47,142 nucleotides of DNA from Octopus bimaculoides (lineage: Eukaryota): assembly GCF_001194135.2 (NCBI RefSeq), contig NC_068988.1, forward strand, positions 71,301,043-71,348,184, read 5' to 3'. How positions within the stretch are numbered: position 1 is the stretch's first letter; each line of letters opens with the position of its first letter. Of this stretch, positions 11,556-23,020 are shown piece after piece. The position numbers and the translations under genes are program-made. The notes beneath the pieces are model-generated. The model was not told the origin of the DNA, made no database searches, and worked only from the letters and a program-made list of their open reading frames with translations.

Positions 11556-11889
11556 ATTATTTACATTATTTACATTTGACGGATATTTGTCCTCATCTTG
11601 TGGGCCACGGGCATATGGCATAGTGGTTAAGAGCGCGAGCTACTAACCCCAAGATTCCGAGTTCGATTCACGGCAGCGACCTGATTAATAATAGTAATAA
11701 TAATAATAATATAATAATAGTAACATCGTTAGGAATGAGAACCCAGGTTCGGAATTTCCCCAAGACACCTGACGAAGGCTGGCGGGTATATCAGCCGAAA
11801 CGTTGTGTTAACAACAAACAAGATGAGGACAAATATCCGTCAAATGTAAGTAATGTAAATAATTCCTCATCTCTTAAATATAGAACTGT
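11556..11889 (+). mobile_element. tRNA-headed SINE-like element with hammerhead-like motif and Penelope-type inverted 5' end
   Basis: A box TGGCATAGTGG (11616-11626), B box GAGTTCGATTC (11659-11669), AAT-rich linker, and CTGACGA...GAAA motif (11764-11809). 11556-11601 is the reverse complement of 11818-11863 (45/46 match). Flanks aaaagtatcaac and aaaaatatcaac form a candidate 12-bp TSD. Confidence 0.8.
11764..11809 (+). ncRNA. Minimal type I hammerhead-ribozyme-like motif
   Basis: gacac-CTGACGA-a-ggctg(gcgggtatat)cagcc-GAAA-cg-TT-gtgtt. Stem I gacac/gtgtt, 5-bp stem II, palindromic AACGTT stem III region. Confidence 0.6.
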
Positions 11890-12623
11890 AAAAATATCAA
11901 CGACGGAAGTTTTTACATGGTCACTCGACTGTTCCTGAATTACAGTATAGTTCAAAGAAAAAAGAATAATCTTTTGTGTCGTGTAGCCATTGGTATATAA
12001 TGTTTGAGAATAACAATAATGTTTTGACGGTCGGTATGCCCTTCCTGATAGTCGGAGGTTAACTTGATGAAAATTGGTGTGGGACTAAGCAAGAGTAGCA
12101 ACAATGACCTTGGAGACTAAAGCAGAGTTACAATTTTAAGTTAGTTACAAGTAAACGAAATACAACCATTTAGTTTCTATTTTCTTACTCAAGCCCTCTG
12201 CTGCACAACATTAGTTTCATTGATTCATAGTCGATAAAATACTACTAATTTGCCAGATGACGATTTAATTGTCTATGGTTTTTCTCTACCAGTAGTCAAA
12301 TTTTAAAAAAACGCAACATTTTAAAAATTTAAACTATTGTTGAGATTTTGAGAAGTCTTGTTATTGTAAAATACTGTTTCTTGTTAAAGTGAATATAAAT
12401 TATAAGATGCCAGCTATTTAAACGAAGGGAAGCATGAAGTCCTATTTAATGTTTAAGGAAGGCAACTCTTTCAAGCAATTCCATAATGTGAGTTAAGAAG
12501 TGTAGTACTAAAAATTTGACATAAAATATATAGCATTCTATATTTTAACATGAACTTGAAATACTTTCTAAAATCAAGTAAATTAAAATTTATTAATGCA
12601 TATATGGTGAAACTTGAACTTAC

Positions 12624-12726
12624 AATTGAACAAATGATATGAGGTACATTAAAAATCCATTCTAGTTGTCCAGCACGGGGTATCCAGCAGTTAACCCTGG
12701 GGTCATCATCTACTTCGGTATGGAGG
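12624..12726 (-). CDS. Class B1 GPCR, ECL2 and first half of TM5 exon
   Basis: Acceptor ataatttttttcag|C and donor ATT|gtaagt. 103 nt, phase 2 to 0. LHTEVDDDPRVNCWIPRAGQLEWIFNVPHIICSI contains the ECL2 CW motif and W-I-x-x-x-P. The phase-0 intron in mid-TM5 is at the position typical for this family. Confidence 0.92.
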
Positions 12727-13567
12727 CTGAAAAAAATTATAAAATCTTGGAAATGTTATCCAGAAGCAGTAATTTAACAAATAATATTATTTTTGTTTAT
12801 AATCTGTGAAATATTGCATGAATAGATTTTTGCCTTTCGTTCATCATAGCTGTTTAAATAAGTATCAGTAATATTCTGATAATTTTAGTCTCTGACAAAT
12901 ATCAGTTTTGTGTCATGAAATTATAAATGGTAAACTATTTAACTACTACGTCTCTTATATAAAATAGACTGTTATCAAGCCCAAAAGTGTAGGATAGTGT
13001 AAAGGTTTTTTTCCATTCCCGATGCAGGTACAATTGCTTTGAACTTACGTAGGTTGGATTAAAACAAGAGATAACCAAGTACTGAGGCTTATTCAAGGGA
13101 CCATACTTCTTTTCAATTTGTTACTTGCTTCAAACTTAAGAACTCAACGATGACAGAGCACATAAACAAGGAAAGTGCGTAATTAATTTTTGCATTTCCA
13201 TTATCATTGTCCGACATTCTTTATTATTATTTCTAAGCCTTTATATACATAGGTCACTAGATGGAACGTTTCCTTCTCTTCGGTGATTTGTATGAAAGAT
13301 TAACAATCACGTAAAACAAGCATTGTTTCCAGATAGGATTATTTGTCTGTGAAGGCCAACAACAGTAACGACGCATAAGTATTTTAATTTTCAAGTATGT
13401 TGATGCATTGCTATGCAACTTAGATACGAAGATACAACAGTTTGCTAATACAACTTAGTAGATCGTGTCAAGTCACAAGTATTGAAATGTAGTACAAAAC
13501 TGTAGATGTGTGATTTTTTTTTAGGGTGGGGCTATCACTATATATCAAGTTAAATATTGTACAACAA

Positions 13568-13576
13568 TGATTATTA

Positions 13577-13630
<54 letters not shown>

Positions 13631-13720
13631 GCAGCAGCAGCAGCAGCAGCGGCAACAGCAGCAGCAGTAGCAGTAGTAGTAATAGTAGTAGTAGTGTTGG
13701 TGGTGGTGTTGGTGGTGGTA
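13568..13720. repeat. Compound triplet tract (ATT)n-(AGC)n-(AGT)n-(GGT)n
   Basis: Direct reading. Confidence 0.92.
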
Positions 13721-13734
13721 TTCCTTCGTAACAC

Positions 13735-14340
13735 ACTGTAGGTAAAAATGCATCGAAGTCTTTAGTTATCTGTCAAGACACAACAAGGACCTCAGATACT
13801 ACTTTCTTTAAGATGTGCGTTGTGCCAAATAAGGCTGCTTTTTGCAAGACAGCAATCTTGCATGGGATTTCCAGTTGCCTTAAGAAGTTTTGAAGTTTCA
13901 ATGGGATTTAGCCCAACGCTTTGATCACCACTGGTATCACATTTACGTTGCCATCTCGCATTCCATGGAGTCTTGCCATTTCCACTTTCAATTCGGAGTA
14001 CTTGGTTATTTCTTTCAAGCTCTTTACTCACAACATTCATGCCATTTGATATGGATATATCAATGATCTGACAGTATTTGTCTCTCTTATTCAATATGAC
14101 AATATCCAGCCGACGGTGTTCGATTACACGACCTGTTTGAAAATCATAGTCCCAGAGTATCGTTACTTTTCCATCCTCCTGCATAACTTTACATGGTACA
14201 TGCTCATACCAGTCCTCCGTTACTTCATATAGGTATTTACGGCATAAGAACCAATGAAGATACACACACACTTTATCGTGGCGGCGCCTGTAGTCTTTTT
14301 GTGCAAAGCTCTCACATTCACTTACCAAGTGGGTCATATT
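13735..14340 (-). mobile_element. R4/Dong-type non-LTR retrotransposon 3' fragment (restriction-like endonuclease)
   Basis: HLVSECESFAQKDYRRRHDKV...LHWFLC...ILWDYDFQT..IEHRRLDIVI...IIDIS (RHD and PD..D motifs). Followed on the minus strand by triplet repeats ending in (AAT)n. Confidence 0.85.
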
Positions 14341-14379
14341 AAATAGTGGTGGGTGGACATGTAAGGGAACTGAACCAAC

Positions 14380-14925
14380 TAGATACTGAATTGCTTGAAT
14401 TTCAAAGGCGACTCACCGACTTGATGAATGCTACAGAAGAAAAAAATCTCCATGAAAATGAGAAGGGTAGGTAGCAGTATGATAAATAATGTAACACGAA
14501 AGATAAATACTGTCATAGCATATATCCAGACTGAGTACTTAACACAAACAAGGAATCTTCTTCGAGCTACTACGCTACTTGTTGGGGAGAAATTACAACT
14601 TAAGAGAACAAAAAATGATGGAGCAAAAGAACGATGGTGGAAACGACGCATAGAAAGTGACATAATGCGGGCAAGGCAAGCTCTAGGGAAAATTGAGCAA
14701 TGTTCAGAGGAAACTGGGAAAAAGACCGACCGAGAAAGATTAGAGAAGAAATATAAAATACGGAAGAAAGGGTTTGAGGCAGTAAAAGAGTAGTTAAAAC
14801 AGAGGATCACGGCAAAAAGTCAGAAGATCAGATTTGTGAACAGAAAGAAGCCGTTCGAGAAGAACAGATTGTTCAGAAATGACCCGAAGCAATTCTCCCG
14901 AACGTTAGAAGGAGACAACAGGGAA
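14380..14925 (+). mobile_element. R4/Dong-type element, pre-RT N-terminal fragment
   Basis: ERWWKRRIESDI...LEKKYKIRKKGFEAVKE*LKQRITAKSQKI...NRLFRNDPKQFSRTL, the typical region upstream of the RT in this clade. Confidence 0.72.
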
Positions 14926-14936
14926 AATTATTATTA

Positions 14937-15021
<85 letters not shown>

Positions 15022-15052
15022 CATCATCATCATCATCATTATTATTATTATT
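14926..15052. repeat. (ATT)n/(CAT)n microsatellite, tail or target of a Dong-type element
   Basis: Direct reading; abuts the 3' end of 15056-16365. Confidence 0.92.
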
Positions 15053-15055
15053 GCT

Positions 15056-16365
15056 TTGCACAGCTCCTAATGCTGGAGATGTACAACAATGTCAGCTGTT
15101 CACTACCAGGGAACTAAGGTACCACTTCTTTTTCGAGCACCTTCCGGAGTATCCGAGTGGTTCCAAGCAGTGGTGCTTTCTGTAAGTTCTCCACCTTTAT
15201 TGCAGCCCCTATTTGTTCCACGTACTTCTCGAGGATTTTGCACACTATCTCCCAAAGCTCCGGCAATTATTGGTACTACTGCCACCATTTTCATCGACCA
15301 CAACTGCTTAACTTCCCAAGCTAACATGTCATATCTCTCGACGTTCTTCCTTATCGCATACCTTGTTGTCAGCTTGGCATGCTATATCTATGATCCAGCA
15401 TAGTTTGTTTCCTTTCTCAATTAAGACTATGTCCGGCTTCTTATTCTCTCTCTCTCATGGTCGACACTGAATCATAAAATCCCATAGGATCTTTGCATTT
15501 CTATTTTCGACGATGACTTCAGGTTTGTGGTCGTACAAATTTTTTGCTCTGTCAAGTCCATAATTGTTGCAAAGTGTCCAATGGATAAGCCTGGCTATAT
15601 TGACGTGGCGTCTCTTATATTCCTTCTGAGCTAGTGGCGTACATTGGCTGGTAATATGCCATACGGTTTCACCGTTTTGTCCACAGATTCTGCACTTATC
15701 ACTTTCTGATGTGTTGTCTATTCTGTAGTTTATGTAGTTTATTTTTAGTGCTTGCTCTTGGGCAGCAAAGATTAGAGCCTCCGTTTCAGCTTTTAAATCA
15801 TCGACAGCCATCATGTTTCTTTGTCTGTCTTGTCTTCAACATCCCTATGAAACTAACCATGCATTCTTTTCTTTACCCACTAATTTTCAGTTTCATTCGT
15901 TTTCGATTTCTTGCATAGTGATTTATCTTCGCAATCTTTCATTCTACACAAGCCTGACCTCCTTACTTCTAATAATAGCGGTTCTGTGGCATTTTTTACA
16001 TACCATGCTATGTTGTTTTCTTCTGCTCCAATGCTGTGTTCGTATCCAATAAGTCCTCTTCCCCCTCTTTTTCTTGGTAGATACACTCTGTCTGTACCAC
16101 GTTTTGGGTGGAGTGACCCATATCTAGTTAGTAACTTCCTTGTCTTTCTGTCTAAGCTGTCTGGTTCGTCCACTGTCCATGCGATTACCCCTGTTCCATA
16201 TCTAAGGAGTGAAACTGGCGGGGTGCTGATAGCTTCGATCTTATTCCGTCCATTTAATTTCGACTTAAGTGTGCTCAAGTACTCCACCTGAAATTTTTGT
16301 CATTTCTTTCTCCATCTATCCATTTCCAAAATCCCCAAGTACTTTTAGCCCATCTCTTCTTGCAG
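15056..16365 (-). mobile_element. R4/Dong-type element, 5'-truncated (RT thumb, CCHC knuckle, REL) with (TAA)n tail
   Basis: KYLGILEM...LKSKLNGRNK...LDRKTRKLLT..LHPK..DRVYLPRKRGGRGL; CRICGQNGETVWHITSQC (CX2CX8HX4C); ILWDF..RPDIV. The 3' end runs straight into the (AAT)n tract at 14926-15052. Confidence 0.9.
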
Positions 16366-16399
16366 ATTTAATATTTTGAAACAAAAATATCAATATGGC

Positions 16400-18440
16400 A
16401 TCCCAAATCAGGGGGAGCGGAAACTGTTGGAACAACCGCTTTGACATTGATTTCACGGCACTAGTTGATGTGGTCAAGAAACGAAGCACATACAATAGCA
16501 GCAGCAGCAGCGACAATGTTAACAGCAACAGAAGCAACAACAATGACAAGCAAGATATATTTTAAAATGGCGCAAAGCAACAACAACAACAACAACAACA
16601 GTGGAAGCAACAGCAGCAAACGAAACAGAAAACACAGCAACATTAGTGGCTTCCACAATCTGGATAGCAGCAAAAACAAAGGAATCAGAATCCTCAAGTC
16701 AACAATAACTTTATCAACAGAACAACAGTAAAAATGCCACCAAGACATGCTCATCTCCTTTTCGGGCCACTAGGACATGTCCTGTTATGAGAGGGACGAC
16801 GAAGAGCCTAAATGGGAAAAGTCAGCAGTTCTAACGAAAGAAACAGAAACAAAATGATACCGCCACCAACGCAAAAACGTGGCAGGTATGATCAAAGGAA
16901 GGAAACACCTATTAGAAACAATGCGCAAATACTCCACACACCCACAGCAGTTACACCAGTACCATCAACAATATCACCCCTATCACTACCGATACCACCA
17001 CCTCTGTCACAAACACCACCATTATAAGCACAACTCTTAGATTGCATATCTCAACACCAGTAAAAGTCAAACATCATTGACTACACAGTAATAAACATGA
17101 ACAATAGATAACTGGTGGAACACATATATAACCATACAGGTCTCACACACCTCGATTTTATCAAACCAACATACCAATACATAAAAAAACATATAACACA
17201 TAAAAATGCATATAACAGGTGAAACATTAACAAGAGACTGTATAAAGATCTGCTCGTAGAAAAATCTACATATAACCATGGGGACGGAACATCCATCCTC
17301 CCCTCCCCAACAAAATTACTGTAAGTAAACTTTTCTACTTCTGTTCCTTCATCTAACATGGTCTTGCTCAGAATAAGCAGTATAAATGAACGTGACTGGG
17401 GTTGTCTTGAAAAAAAGTCTTCTACTCAACGACTTCGGGTCGGGTGGCAAATCGCCTGGTTTAGATGGTCTGTACTATGAGCTTTATCTTTATATGCCAG
17501 GCTTGTTTGGTGGCCTCTTAGCAGATACCTACCGCAACCGGCAATAAAACAGAAGAATTCTTAGTTTTGTGAGTCGAAGAACGCTGACATTGCTGAGAAA
17601 GGATCAAAACAAAAGAGATCAAATAGAAAAATTTAGGCCCATAATGCTGCTGCACTCCGACTTCTAAATTTTGGACAAGGTGTTAGTAAAAAGATTGGCT
17701 CTTGTAGTCGAGGAATTGATTGATGATGCGTGTTTGCGCATCATCTTATAGAGATCCAATCACAACCTCCGCTTCGTGCGATATATAATGGATAGGATAG
17801 TAATGAAGCTGATTGCTGAGGACCTGATCAATTTGTATCAGTCTAAAGTTTTTGATAGGGTCTATAACCAACACTTGATGGGGCTGATCTCCGTCCTGTT
17901 TTACGTGGCTGGATCGCTACAATGTCCGATGATACATCTTCAGAGTTTCGAGTGAATGGTTACCTATCGGAAGCATTTACTATCATGCACTCGGTTCGTC
18001 GAGAGTGTCCTCTCTCATCTTTTCAGACACACAGACCTGGGCGGCGTTGCTCTAAAAGAATATGAGGCGGTTACGCAAGAAAAATTAATCTAGGAAAATG
18101 AATGGGCCTGCAGCTCGGCACCTATTGAGGCAGGGACGGTTAAATTTCTCGGGGTCTGGCTGGGTCCGGTGGAGAATAACTGGGACCACATGACAAGTAG
18201 GGTAGCCTCCCTCACCCAGAAATGAACCGAGGGCAGCTACCTATGAAAGTTCGGGCAGAGGTGTCGAATGCTTACAACACTTCCGTCATATATTACTGTT
18301 TGACCATCGTACTTTGCCTCAATTTACGTCTGACCAAAATGGGGTAGTACTTTTTTGCTTTCTGTGGAAGGGTCGCGCTCCACTGGTTTGACGCTTCATT
18401 TGCTCTGAACACCCGCTGAATGGAGGGCTGGGTATTCCAT
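16400..18440 (+). mobile_element. Tx1/L1-clade LINE fragment, heavily deleted
   Basis: Low-complexity ORF1 remnant. The ORF2 start RISSINERD..KKSLLNDF joins directly to KSPGLDG...FRPIMLL..DF*IL.KVL.KRL...QSKVFDRV...SVRRECPLS, then FLGVWLGP..NW...HPLNGGLGIP. Confidence 0.8.
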
Positions 18441-18605
18441 GCTTTAGCAGCATTTCGCCCGTCTCTACGTTCTGAGTTCAAATTCCCCCGAGGACCACTT
18501 TTGTGGGTCAATAGAATGAGTGTCAGTTGAAGACTGAGAGTTGGTGTATTCGATTAGCCCTTCCCTCAAAATTTCAGGTCTTGTATTTATAATAAAAAAG
18601 GATTA
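18441..18605 (+). mobile_element. SINE copy (family of 2305-2412), degraded
   Basis: B box gagttcaaattc and the ccttccctcaaaatttcaggtcttgt tail. Confidence 0.6.
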
Positions 18606-20029
18606 CTATTATCATAATGTTCCTTAATATCAACATTACAATATTGTTTGATTCCTGTTTAACGTTTTTATCTCTTTTATATTACTAGATATTATTAACA
18701 AAAGTATGAATGTGACACGACGTTATTCCAAGTCTCAGTATATCTAATACGTCGAGGTTATTCTTTCAAATTCCTGAGGTATTTCCTCTCCACCTGAGTC
18801 AATTCCTAATCAATAGACAGATCCAGTCAATTATATGACTTGTGAAAATATTTTAACCCCTACAAGTATATGTAAATATTCTCCTGTTTGTTGATGTGAA
18901 GATGAGAAATGAATATATCTGCTGTACAGGACAACAGTCCATCAGAGGTAGCTTTTTCAGATAATCCGCTATTTCTCCTGAGTTATATAATATTATAGGA
19001 GACAAGCAACCTTATTGAGCTCGCTGCCTATGAGTAAGCAAACCAATATCTAATCCACTCTAACATTTCGCCTGTACAACTATCTAAAGTATTGAGCTTA
19101 ATTAACAGCTATTTTCAGTTAATTTTCTTATGTTGATTCTATTTCATATTTTTACCAAAAATAACCTGTTTATAAAGAAAAATTAATCAATAAAATACTT
19201 GCTTTCACAATCAGTTATAAATACATGATGTAGCCCTGAGACATGCAGAATTATTTTCTGACTACCACTAATACACCTCCGTATTTTAAGAGATCTAAAC
19301 GTGTTTTTCACGATTTTATGAACAAAAATGCTTATACCGAAGACTTCTTTTAAAGTCATTGAGGCTGTTATATTATGTTTCGCGAAGCTATATGAGTAGA
19401 TGAGTTTATATCTACAAGATGAAACAAACGAAACGCTGGGACGCTGGTCAATTTACAAGTACTTCTGCTTCTAACGTGTCAGATTCATGACAATTAGTGT
19501 AAACAATGTGAACTAGTAAAGTGCTTTGATCAGAGGTACATCCAAACAACTTGCAGAGGATCTGATCTCACAAACTAGGAGTTAATAGAACAATATCTTG
19601 TCCAATTACCCTTTTAGTGTCTGCTGTGATTGTTCTAAATTAAATTGGAAAATGATGACAATTAATTTACAACATTATTTTCTTCGCTTATTCCAAGTAA
19701 TAGCTGTGTATCGCTTTAATCAAGATATGTATTATCTCAGTTTCAAATAAAATTGAATTCTCTCACAAAACGTATTAATCTGATATCACAAACAATATTT
19801 CTTTTCTTGTGCCATAAATCAATCGATTCTGTTCACGCAGCTCAAATTACATTTTCATTAACAGATATATGTATTAAATCATTGGGAGTTATGATATTCA
19901 TGGTTTGTAGCTAAGGCTCAACATACGAGAATGAAATGAAATAGTTTCGCACATTAAAATCAATAATTGAACATTTTAATTTTGATATATTACCTTATTT
20001 TTATTTAATTTCAATTTATATATTGGTTT

Positions 20030-20222
20030 CAAATTTTGGCACAAGGCCAACAATTTCGGGGGAAGTTGATTGCATCGACTTTGGTACTCAACGGATACTT
20101 ATTTTATCGACACCCAAAAGGATGAAAGGCAAAATCAACTTCGGCGTAATTTGAACTCACAACATAAAGACAGACATATGCAGCGAAACATTTCACTAAA
20201 GATTCTGCTAGCTCACCCCTTA
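20030..20222 (-). mobile_element. SINE copy, near full length
   Basis: Minus strand gagctagcagaat (A-box-like), gagttcaaatt (B box), tttgcctttcatccttttgggtgtcgataaaataagta, and ggccttgtgccaaaatttgaaacc tail. Confidence 0.75.
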
Positions 20223-21744
20223 ACTTCAATTAATGTATAGAAAACATTCCAAAATAAGTCTTATATTAATGGAGAAATAATATATTCTGAAGGTGAAAAA
20301 TCGTTCCTGATAACTGTCTATTCATTTGGCTATTTATTTATTTATTTATAATTGGTAAACTGTCCCGGAGGAAGATTTTCAAAGATTATCATGGATGTCA
20401 ATTGCCACTCCAAGGATATTACATTTTTCTTGCCTAAATGACATGAACATCTCAAGTTTGTTTATAATTGCTCTAGTAGTTTGTTGTCTTGAGTTTCAAT
20501 TTATATATTTACATATACTCTTCTGAGTTTAGAATATATTATCGTAAACCATATTAGTGTTACGTAATACATTTGATAATAAGATTAAGTCTTATTACTC
20601 ATGAAGATTTGTTGATCACATTAAGTACTACATCCGTGAATCTCATGCTGAATTGTACTCAAGCTACTCAATTCAGTTAATTTGGAAGTATTTGTAGTTG
20701 ACAACCGCAAGGTTTGGAAGCACGCTATAACAGACGAGTGGCTGGATTGTTTCTTGATTGAATTTAAACCTTTTATAATAGGTAACACTTTGAAAAAAGG
20801 ATTCAGAAAGGAATATTATTTAGATTCAGAGTAACTCTAAACGATAAACTAATGACCAAAAGCATTTCCGCGAATCCACAAAACACCCGTTTGTTTTTTC
20901 GGACAATTATGCACATATTTCTTCATAGAGAAAAGTGTCATTTGATGGAGATTTAGTTGTTATTTGAAGAAGGTCAAGTAGAGGGTTTTATTGGTTTATC
21001 AAGTAACAACTGAGATGTTTCTGAATTGCTGTTTATCATCAGAACAACTCTAAACGAACATATGTTTTATCGAATGCCTCCCAACTATGACCATCACATC
21101 TTTCTGGATGACAGTATGTTATCTGTACCTTCCCTCTTATGACGGTGGAAGATAATTTATTTCCAGTAGGTCGAGTGACCAAGGGGAAAGTATTTAACGC
21201 TGCACAACCTTTCCAGGTCTGACTTGGTTCTACATCTCTTACATTTACTAATAATAACACTAACGACAACCGACATCTCATCACAAATAATAACGCTTAT
21301 TGATTATACATCTCTTAATATCACTATTTTAAATCTAAAGGTTTATTCACTTCCTTTTAGTTTTCTTAATCTATCCACGCGCTAACAAGGGAGCTCCTGC
21401 AAGCTATTCTGATCTTTTTTATTGTTTGGTCGATGGGGAAGGGAAGCGCCCATATCCTTCTCATATCTTTCGAGACTTGTGGGAAGGGGAAAGGCCAGGA
21501 GGCATTCTCAGATTAGTGTTATGGACAGAATACTTGCAACAGAGTGGACTCCGCACACACGGACGGAGTGGTAGTGCTAAACGGGGGATGGGGAGGTATA
21601 CTGCACGAGAGATTAATTTTACCATTTAGTAGGACATGGTAGTATTGAAACTCAGAATGCAAAGACCTGCAACAAATACAACAAACCTACGTTCCAACGA
21701 TTCAGCCAGTCCACCTTTCCAATCTTAAACTTGAGTAATCGATT

Positions 21745-21870
21745 CCTGAAGGAGCAAAGACAAAGCTGACCTTGGCGGGAATTGAACTTAGAACGCAAAG
21801 AGCCAGGCATTTCGTCTAACGCAAGGCTTTTCGTCTAACGTTCTACCAACTCTGGTAATTTGTCAAATAA
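21745..21870 (-). mobile_element. SINE fragment
   Basis: aaagctgaccttggcgggaattgaacttagaacg is the antisense B-box region. Confidence 0.55.
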
Positions 21871-22388
21871 TATCGGTCAGGATTAGTTACCAAATCTCTC
21901 TCAAGCCACTATTTACCATCGAGAAATGGTATGAAAAACTGGAATATATCTTATGGATAAAGACTGAAAATAAAATCAGACGGGCATGATTGAATTGTCT
22001 TCATCATAGACTTGTGGCATTATTGGTGTTCTGGTATTAAATATCAAGAAAAACAAATAAATATCCAAATAAAACCAACATTAAAGAAATTGTCAGTTAT
22101 AATACATTTTGTAAACATCTTGGAAAAAGATTATTTCACAATTCAACCACATTTAAGACCTTTCAATGTCTAAAATAATAAAAACAGAAACATAAAAAAC
22201 GCACTATGAAAAACAGAGTTCAAACAGAAATAGGTTTATGCCGTGAGGCACTTTTCATTTCCTTATTTCAAATTTTCCTAAACTCTTAAACTCCAACCGT
22301 CACCAACGTCTACGAATTCTACAGATCCAATATCAACAATCACGTGTGGATAGAAACTCGTATATATACACATACGTACACGCACACA

Positions 22389-22433
<45 letters not shown>

Positions 22434-22968
22434 GCACACACAGGCACATACACACAAATAAGCGTATTTGTACATAGGGATATGTACATGCTTTTGTACA
22501 TGACGATACAACGCTATGTCCATTAGTAAAAGATTAATCCTTTTATTTCGTCCTCACGTATCACATTTCAATTTCGTTTTTCGAAGATTAATTGTCAAGA
22601 ATTCACAGTCAAGTAAAAATGTCAACATCATTAAACTTTATCGATGACTAATATGATTGTAACTCTGATAATAATATATTTTATTCAAGTCAGTAATTAC
22701 AGTACAGATATGTTGCAAATATACCAGATAAAAAGAATGACCTGAAGCGACATAACCTCGGCAGCCCAGTTCCATTATCAGCTGTAGACATTTTTTCTTC
22801 AGTTATATCATTAATGCTCTATACTACACAAATGATACTATACTATACGAATGTTATAATTAATGTGTATAGGAAAATGATGAAAGTTTTATTGAAATGT
22901 TTTGATTATGAAATACCAAATAATTTTACTGATAAATGTATATATGTATGTTTGTGTGTGTGCGTGTG

Positions 22969-23020
<52 letters not shown>

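Noticed and set aside
11602-11683. Functional tRNA gene
   Set aside because: A and B boxes are present, but the acceptor and anticodon stems do not close properly and the head is embedded in a TSD-flanked repeat.
21005-21050. Other CTGATGA...GAAA spacings on the minus strand (also near 35045-35070 and 42750-42775)
   Set aside because: The stems do not pair. Such hits are expected by chance in AT-rich DNA.
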